A DNA stretch of 63,889 nucleotides, counting the filler, from Vannella sp. (taxonomy: Eukaryota), in assembly GCA_023345925.1 (NCBI GenBank). It is 6 parts of 6 records of this genome, joined end to end, with 100 filler letters (N's around TTAATTAATTAA, not from the genome) between each part and the next. Parts side by side here need not be neighbours in the genome. Positions count along the whole stretch, not along the records: positions 51,117 to 60,254 come from JAJQQN010001186.1; positions 60,355 to 63,889 come from JAJQQN010000813.1; 4 more parts are not named here. One strand, given 5' to 3'. The notes below the pieces were generated by a model. The model ran no database searches. It saw nothing but the letters and a program-made list of their open reading frames with translations, and was not told where the DNA came from. A program made the position numbers and the translations under genes. Positions 57,650 through 63,889 of this stretch are shown here, one piece after another; within the stretch, counting starts at the first letter, position 1; every line of letters starts with the position of its first letter.

Positions 57650-58567
57650 CCAATAAAAATCAAATCAAATGAGATTTCCAATACGACTATTATTTATATA
57701 TTATCAAAGACTTGACTCTGAGCAACGCGTGAAGCTGCTCCTGAATGATCATGTAGGCTTCGAAGCTTCTGTTCCTCGTTCCTGGATGAATCAAGATACA
57801 ATCTCCCGCAATGAACAGCTCAAATGACCGTTGAAAAGCCTTTCGCATTGTCCTCGATGCCGCGCTTCCTCCCCAAAGATCCTATCTTGCAGCAGGTAAG
57901 CAGGGCTCTCTTCTATGTAACCTGACTACCATCCTCCTAATTATACCCATTTTAGGTCGCTCTCCTTGGCCCCAGACAGCCTAACCTCGGCTTGAGACGC
58001 CTCCGTGTTCCATGAAGCCCATTCTCAGGTATTCTCCCTTCCTTTCATTGATTCCTGACCTCCTTGATAAAGAGGGTTCGACGCCGTGATTTTGAACGAT
58101 TGTTTGCTGCAACCCACCGGCGAGGCGCCTCGTCCAGTGTGTCCAGCTTCTGAAGAGCATGCTTCTCAGGTTCATTAATCGATAAGTGGCGGCCTTACAT
58201 CCTGTGTGGGAAGAGGATCTGGAGGATGCACGCCAACGAGGCACGGTCTGTCAGCAACCGACAACACAAGCCGCAGCAACCTGGTCCAAGACAAGTCACC
58301 AAACAGCGGCAATGATCCTCCTTCATGCTAGGGTCGATAACCCTCAACCTGCGAGAGGATAGCTTAAGTCATAGTTAAGATCGTCAGACGTTCCCAAAGT
58401 GCTTTTGAAGACATTTGAAGGACTGGACGACAGAAACAAGGGAAAAAGGGAAATGAGGGAAATGATCACGTGACCGGTCCCCTCAAAGACTGTTGACGAG
58501 AAGCCGGGTCTTCGACCGATGCGAGAGGAAAGCCTGAGACCAAGAAGAAGAGCGTTTACAGTGCAAG

Positions 58568-58726
58568 CAATTAAACGTTTGACATGCAAGTCGTGGAAAA
58601 TCACAAACGGGCCAGGCTTCCATCTCATTCGTGTCCATGGAGCACGTGAGAAGGAAACAGAATCAGCCCTACAACTTATCCTGAGGAGATGGAGGTCATC
58701 AAGATCCTCTCTGCGCAAACAAGAGC
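58568..58726 (+). repeat. Dispersed diverged repeat, copy B
   Basis: The 5' part matches 55961-56070. The 3' part AGATGGAGGTCATCA...CAAACA.GAG matches 29374-29410 on another contig. Confidence 0.7.
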
Positions 58727-58852
58727 TCTTCCCTAAGTTCCTCTCCTGCAAAGGAAGTCGGCAATTTGAGCGACTCAGACCCTCAAAATGATTCTTTCTA
58801 CCATTTTAAGTCGAGTGGAGGACCTCTTCAAGACGGAGGTTATTTCGTGGTG

Positions 58853-59734
58853 ATGCGGAGGTTGGGGATGGGCTCCAGGGTGTTCTTTTGTGCCAGAAGG
58901 CCGTTCTACACAGGGAGGATGTTCCAGTTCCGCGATTTGACGGAAAGTGACATCCAGTGGCTGTTTTCTCGCTATCCAGAAGTTGTGGGAGATCCAGAAG
59001 AGAGGAGAGAAGCACTGATGAAGAGATTATCGGATTACCGTTGCTCAGGCACGCTCTCTGTCGAGGATGCCTGTTTCTTGATGCCTTTGCAAACGGTAAA
59101 GGACGCTTTGAAGGAGAACAACAGGCGAGCACCATCAGACGAGGCCGACATCCGCTCTCTCCTTCTCGAGGTCTTAACAGAGAAGCAATCGCGAAAAACC
59201 GCCTTTCCCGCATCAATCTATGACCCAAATACTTCATCCTATCATTCAGCCGCTTCAATCACGCGAGAGACCGTTCCTTCCTGGTCTTCTCGAGCCCAAA
59301 GTGCCCCAGACACTCACACATCCAAACCCTCCTCTAAAGGGGATTGGGAATCTGAAACGGATGTTCTCGATGCGATTGGGAAACAGTTTAAGAGAGCCGT
59401 AATGTACTTGGCATTCGTTGCTATTCCTGTTGCAGTCCTCTACATGGGAGCAGTCATGCCTCCGCAGGATCCGTGTAGAAAATGCAATCGTAGACACTAT
59501 CAGATTACCAACAAGTTCCCACTTTCTATGTTGAGTGAGAAGGAGCACAAGGAATATGAGATGAAGACCTGCTATTTCAACAAGTTCACTTGCTTATCTT
59601 GCAGGTGCACTTACATCACTAAGCATCCGAAGAACGGACAAAAGCCGTGTCCTTCCTGTAACGGATACACTCTCAAGCAGGCTATTCACAACCAGGAGCA
59701 AGTCGAAGAATGCCAATTCTGCGGAACCGAATAG
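58853..59734 (+). CDS. Single-TM protein with C-terminal multi-CxxC zinc ribbons, possibly mitochondrial
   Basis: Arg-rich N-terminus MRRLGMGSRVFFCARRPF, TM helix AVMYLAFVAIPVAVLYMGAV, and CRKC / CLSC / CPSC / CQFC. Confidence 0.7.
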   Translation: MRRLGMGSRVFFCARRPFYTGRMFQFRDLTESDIQWLFSRYPEVVGDPEERREALMKRLSDYRCSGTLSVEDACFLMPLQTVKDALKENNRRAPSDEADIRSLLLEVLTEKQSRKTAFPASIYDPNTSSYHSAASITRETVPSWSSRAQSAPDTHTSKPSSKGDWESETDVLDAIGKQFKRAVMYLAFVAIPVAVLYMGAVMPPQDPCRKCNRRHYQITNKFPLSMLSEKEHKEYEMKTCYFNKFTCLSCRCTYITKHPKNGQKPCPSCNGYTLKQAIHNQEQVEECQFCGTE

Positions 59735-59987
59735 AACTGCCACATAACCCTCAATACTGGCTCTCCCACTACCTTCTTCGATACGTGTGTGTTGTGACTC
59801 ATGAATGTGTCAAAACAACACGATCCGTCTTTATCCTGGTCCAATCTTTCCTTGAATCAAACTGAGTAGACCTGAGAAAGGACCTGAGACTGTCGTGAAG
59901 GCACTATCAAACGGCTCAAAGTAGAGTCTAGGGAAAAGCTTGCAAGTCCCTCCTCGGGAAAGAGTCTCCTCGAATTGACCAATCAAA

Positions 59988-60254
59988 TTGCGTCTAAATG
60001 ATTGGATTGCGGGAGGAGTTGTTGGGTCACAGTTCGTGGCCGCCGCTGCCATTCCTACTCTCACGTCCACCTTCGGTACCGTTGTTGCTGGCTCTGGAAC
60101 CATGATCCCTGTCGGTGTTAGCGTAGTTCAGTCTTTCGCAGCAGTCTCAACAGCGGCTGCGATATGTAGCCCCATTGGTTTGGCTGTCCTCGCTGCTGGT
60201 GCCATTGCTGGCGGAGCTGTCGCCGTCACAGGAGCTGTAGTGTATGTGTCAACA
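59988..60254 (+). CDS. Ala/Gly-rich hydrophobic membrane protein fragment, truncated
   Basis: Open frame of Ala/Gly/Val-rich helices running into the N spacer; start not defined. Confidence 0.4.
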
Positions 60255-60354
60255 NNNNNNNNNNNNNNNNNNNNNNNNNNNNNNNNNNNNNNNNNNNNTT
60301 AATTAATTAANNNNNNNNNNNNNNNNNNNNNNNNNNNNNNNNNNNNNNNNNNNN
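60255..60354. other. Artificial contig-joining spacer
   Basis: N44-TTAATTAATTAA-N44. Confidence 0.98.
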
Positions 60355-60615
60355 GAACACATCAACGCGGTTCATCAGGAGCACTGATAAATCTGTGTCG
60401 ACCAACGTCTTCCTCCGTTCTTGGATTGGTGAAAAGACGGGGGCGCAGTAACGCAAGAGATCCCTCACCCACGGTTGAAAAGAATCTCTTTATTAGATGA
60501 GACTTTATCCAATGAACAAATATTTATGTGTTTTGGTCGGGGTTCAAGAAAAGAGGAAAACACCGGATCTTGTGGACATTTTTCAGGTTGGGCTTTCCCT
60601 TCGGCTGGGGTTTGG

Positions 60616-61450
60616 ATGTGCATCGTCTTCTTTGCGTATCGTTTCTTCCACTCCACTCCGTTTCTTCTGCTTGACAACAGAGATGAAGATTTCGTCCGTC
60701 CCACCAAAGCGCTGCATGAATGGGAGGATTTCCCGGCTTTGGTGGGAAGCCGTGACTTGGAGCGGATGGGCACTTGGATGGCCGTGAATCAACAGTTGAA
60801 GCGATTTGCTGTTCTAACGAACTTGAGAGTGGCACAGGATCAAGCAGAGGACGAGAAACTGAAGCGATCAAGGGGCAAAGCCGTTCTGGAGGCTCTCACG
60901 AACGAACATCCTCTGGAGGAGGTCTCTGGCGCAGCTCAAAGCCGACGGGGATCAGTTTGCCGGGTTCAATCTGGTCATTGGAGACCTTTCAGGATGGTGC
61001 CAAGAGTCAGAACGCGTCTGGTACTTCGCAAACCACCTCTCGTCCGACCAATCTCTCGTTCTCTTGGAGCCTGGTCGTATCTATGGCCTCAGCAATGCAG
61101 CTTTAGATTCTCCTTGGCCCAAGCTTCTTCTTGGCGTCCAACTCGTCACCAATCTGGGCGAGGAAAAGGCCCAAAATCCCGAAGAATCCTTCCTCATCCT
61201 CACAAACAAGCAGAAGGAGGATCGAGAGCTCCTGAGGCCCTCGGGACTTGCTACAATGGAAGATGAATACCAATTGAGTTCCATCTTTGTAGAACACCCT
61301 TCCCAAGCCTACGGTACTCGAACCTCCTCGATCCTCCAAATTCTGTCCCAGCAGCACAACGAGCCAATCTCACTTCTCTATCTCGAGAGATCTTTTGAAT
61401 CCCCTGGTTTCCAACATTACACCCAAGCCCAGCACTCCGTGTCACTCTAA
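60616..61450 (+). CDS. TANGO2/NRDE-family protein with a single +1 frameshift near 60922-60925
   Basis: MCIVFF, NRDE..RPT, RDLERMGTW, LTNLR and RSRG in the first frame; FAGFNLVIGDL, YGLSNAALDSPWPK, LSSIFV and YGTRTSS in the +1 frame. Confidence 0.85.
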
Positions 61451-61654
61451 ACATTGCAAATGGCCATGCCATGCTGAATGCCTTCCTAAATCGAAACCAA
61501 GAGGGTCAGACAGAGCTTACCAGTCCATTTATCACGCAATTAAGACAAAAGACTTGTCAACTGGCTAGAAATTACAGGAGGAAACTGCAAATGGAGCCTC
61601 CTTCGTATCTTCCCAAGGCATCCGCCATCGACAAATCCAGGCGTTTCTGAAGTA

Positions 61655-63508
61655 CTAGGGAGAAGGGTTGTTGGCTTCAGGAATATCCCAGCTGTGGCGA
61701 GAGAGGTCCGCTTGGGACCAGTCTTCTAAGTCTTCTTCAACCCAAATGAAGTTGTCAGGATTGTGAAAGTCGTTTTGCTGGTTCTCCGCATATTGTTTGT
61801 AAAAGAGGCTGTCCACACGAGCATTGAGATTGACTCCAATATAGTCATAAGCACTTATCAGAGCCTCCTCCAATGACGACAATGCCACAACAACGCAGGC
61901 CAACTTGATATCGTGAACACAACGGTTTTGGTTATTCACCATGCTGCTGTGGTTTTGGCACTTGGTAAAGAACTCTGTCGAATGTAGATACTTTCCGCAT
62001 CCGTTTCCTTCGAAGTTTCCCTTGAGGAAGCTGACCACTTCAATGTAATTCACATTGAGGGTGGAAGCCATATACTTGTACATAGGAGAACGCATCCCGA
62101 ATGGGAAGATCTCAATCAGAGAGCTTCTTGGAGCCATGAGAATCTGATTCGTCAATCCTGCCCCATGGACAATGGCATAGACATCCACTTCAGAGATCTG
62201 GCGCATCTCATCACCGTAGTCTTGCTCCTTGGAGTAGGAGTGAACAACAATTGGATCTAGTTCGTAGTAACGAACCATCTCAGCAAAGAGATCGTGATTG
62301 AGCCAGTTGCGGAACCTTTTCTCCCCTCGAAAGTCAATCAGAACCTTTCCAGAGAAGTTTGGCTCGCTCATGCCCTTCACGAGACCTTTGGAGGCTGGGA
62401 ATGGCACACCCACCATTTCAAATAGCTTTGTTCGGTACGAGTGAGCAGAGTTCCACCCTACGAAGAAACGCGGCTTTTGAGAGGAGATAAACCCTTCCCT
62501 AAAACAAAGAACATTCTCCTCATCCACAGAAATGGCAGAATTCCGTCGCGGTTTGGGTTCGAAGTTCTTTCGATCCCCTGATGTGAAGGAATAACTCGAG
62601 TATGCTTCGGATAAGGCTTCCGTAGTACCATCCCATTCCGCTATATCGAAATCAGCAGCTTTCAGCCACCGCAAAGTCAAGAATTGAGAATGGGGTTGGA
62701 CCAAGGTTCGAATAACAGGCATCTCCCACCAGGGCGGGACAAAAGTCCAGTGATGGAGGAAGATGAGATCCATAGGAGGCAGCTTAGCACTGTAAGGGAG
62801 CGTCTCATTGAGCATTTGAAGGTCCCAAAGACAAAATGTCTCCATTCCAAAGTGCCACAAGTTCTGTGTGTTCCGAATCACTGGAGCAAAGTAAGCTGCA
62901 CCTTCTATGATCTCCAGAGTGGCTGTTTGCTCTTCTAGATCGAGAGGATTCATCATCCGAGGGTATCCCGCGTTGATCTGCAGCGGTAGATAGCGAGAGG
63001 GCTTAGCTGGGAAGGGAATGGGATCCCAGTACGCAAAGTCAAAGTCAGTGTTTGTCTCAGGTCCTTCAAGAAGCTCTGGCTCTTCTCCACGAGGCTTTGA
63101 AGGGTCAAGGAAGATGACTTCCTCCCCATCAAAGCAGAAGTTCTTGTATGCGCAGATCTCTGTCATATCGCCTCTTGTATAGCATCTCCACGTGGTCTTC
63201 CACTGGCTGAACGGTAAGTCCTTTGCAGGGGGGACGGGAACAGGAGACGCGCTCAAAGACTCCCTTGGAGGAGGATCGTAGCTCTCGTCAGACACCTCAG
63301 AGCCGCTTTCGTCTACATCACTGAGGTAGTGCGTCTCCAAATCAATACCCAAGCCTTGTAAGATGGCTTCCAGCTCTTTGATCCTCTCCCTAACACCTTG
63401 GGAAGACTCCATCGAGTTCAAGGAAGCCTCCCAGATGGTCTCTCCTATCAAGATGAAGAGTAACAGAAGGAGAACCCCAACAACCCTCCACACAGCTGAT
63501 GTTCCCAT
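61655..63508 (-). CDS. Glycosyltransferase family 61 type II membrane protein
   Basis: N-terminal TM helix and stem, CAYKNFCF, NLWHF, and VHGAGLTNQILM..SLIEIFP. Confidence 0.85.
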   Translation of the reverse strand: MGTSAVWRVVGVLLLLLFILIGETIWEASLNSMESSQGVRERIKELEAILQGLGIDLETHYLSDVDESGSEVSDESYDPPPRESLSASPVPVPPAKDLPFSQWKTTWRCYTRGDMTEICAYKNFCFDGEEVIFLDPSKPRGEEPELLEGPETNTDFDFAYWDPIPFPAKPSRYLPLQINAGYPRMMNPLDLEEQTATLEIIEGAAYFAPVIRNTQNLWHFGMETFCLWDLQMLNETLPYSAKLPPMDLIFLHHWTFVPPWWEMPVIRTLVQPHSQFLTLRWLKAADFDIAEWDGTTEALSEAYSSYSFTSGDRKNFEPKPRRNSAISVDEENVLCFREGFISSQKPRFFVGWNSAHSYRTKLFEMVGVPFPASKGLVKGMSEPNFSGKVLIDFRGEKRFRNWLNHDLFAEMVRYYELDPIVVHSYSKEQDYGDEMRQISEVDVYAIVHGAGLTNQILMAPRSSLIEIFPFGMRSPMYKYMASTLNVNYIEVVSFLKGNFEGNGCGKYLHSTEFFTKCQNHSSMVNNQNRCVHDIKLACVVVALSSLEEALISAYDYIGVNLNARVDSLFYKQYAENQQNDFHNPDNFIWVEEDLEDWSQADLSRHSWDIPEANNPSP

Positions 63509-63889
63509 CTCCCCCTGCCAATGAAACGGAAAGAAGCCCCAATGATGGCCCAACAGATCCAATCAAATCCAATCGCTTTCAATCCAAGTTCAAAACCAAT
63601 GACAACCCCAAAGAGACCATCCCTACCCGCTACTCATGAGGAGAGACACTTTTGCGAATGAGAATGACTGGATTCTTTCTCGATGATCTGAAGGAGACAG
63701 GGCTGATACTCCAAGCCATCGGACAAAGGTTGTGGGACCTCTTGTAGGGAAAGTGAAGGGAACGCAGCGGACAACTACGAGCAGCATTGCCGCCAAAACA
63801 GGACCTTCAAAAAGGGCCCCAAATCGATGTCGAGTGTTGGGAATCGGATTTTTACATGTTTTTAGGTTTTCAACTTTCTGTGTCCTGAG

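Noticed and set aside
57700..58340. Intron-like GT..AG segments suggesting a gene
   Set aside because: All frames I tried hit stops; at most an unidentifiable relic.
1..63889. Prokaryotic or viral origin, or a reassigned genetic code
   Set aside because: Spliceosomal introns and eukaryote-specific genes occur throughout, and TAA, TAG and TGA all terminate conserved genes normally. The ArsS UGA is therefore site-specific recoding, not a code change.

Overview
This is eukaryotic nuclear DNA, not one locus. Six unrelated contigs (1-20652, 20753-29272, 29373-45956, 46057-51016, 51117-60254, 60355-63889) are joined by artificial N44-TTAATTAATTAA-N44 spacers. The genome is very compact, with about 35 genes, short GT-AG introns (mostly 44-60 nt, some about 86 nt, often with CTRAY branch points) and small intergenic gaps. 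A CudA-family transcription factor, a ROCO kinase and a RasGEF-RGS-cNMP protein point to an amoebozoan protist. The main finding is an intronless ArsS-type radical-SAM gene (25111-26214, minus strand) whose apparent stop codon is probably a selenocysteine UGA. It reads HCFGCTAGSGSS-U-KGALEV*, with UGA at the position of a conserved Cys. An 11-bp perfect hairpin starts 6 nt after the UGA, a type II eukaryotic SECIS-like structure lies in the 3'UTR, and the N-terminus resembles a mitochondrial presequence. Its neighbours are a Cys-rich membrane protein, a Rad6-type E2 and an AIRAP/ZFAND2 zinc finger. Other notable items are a candidate AUU-initiated mitochondrial ValRS isoform, F-box-SAPS and BAR/PH-SAPS fusions, a Crinkler-like NTPase-REase, a ferrochelatase gene relic, a dispersed relic repeat, and two genes each broken by a single lesion. 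All calls come from motif recognition and manual splicing; no searches were run.
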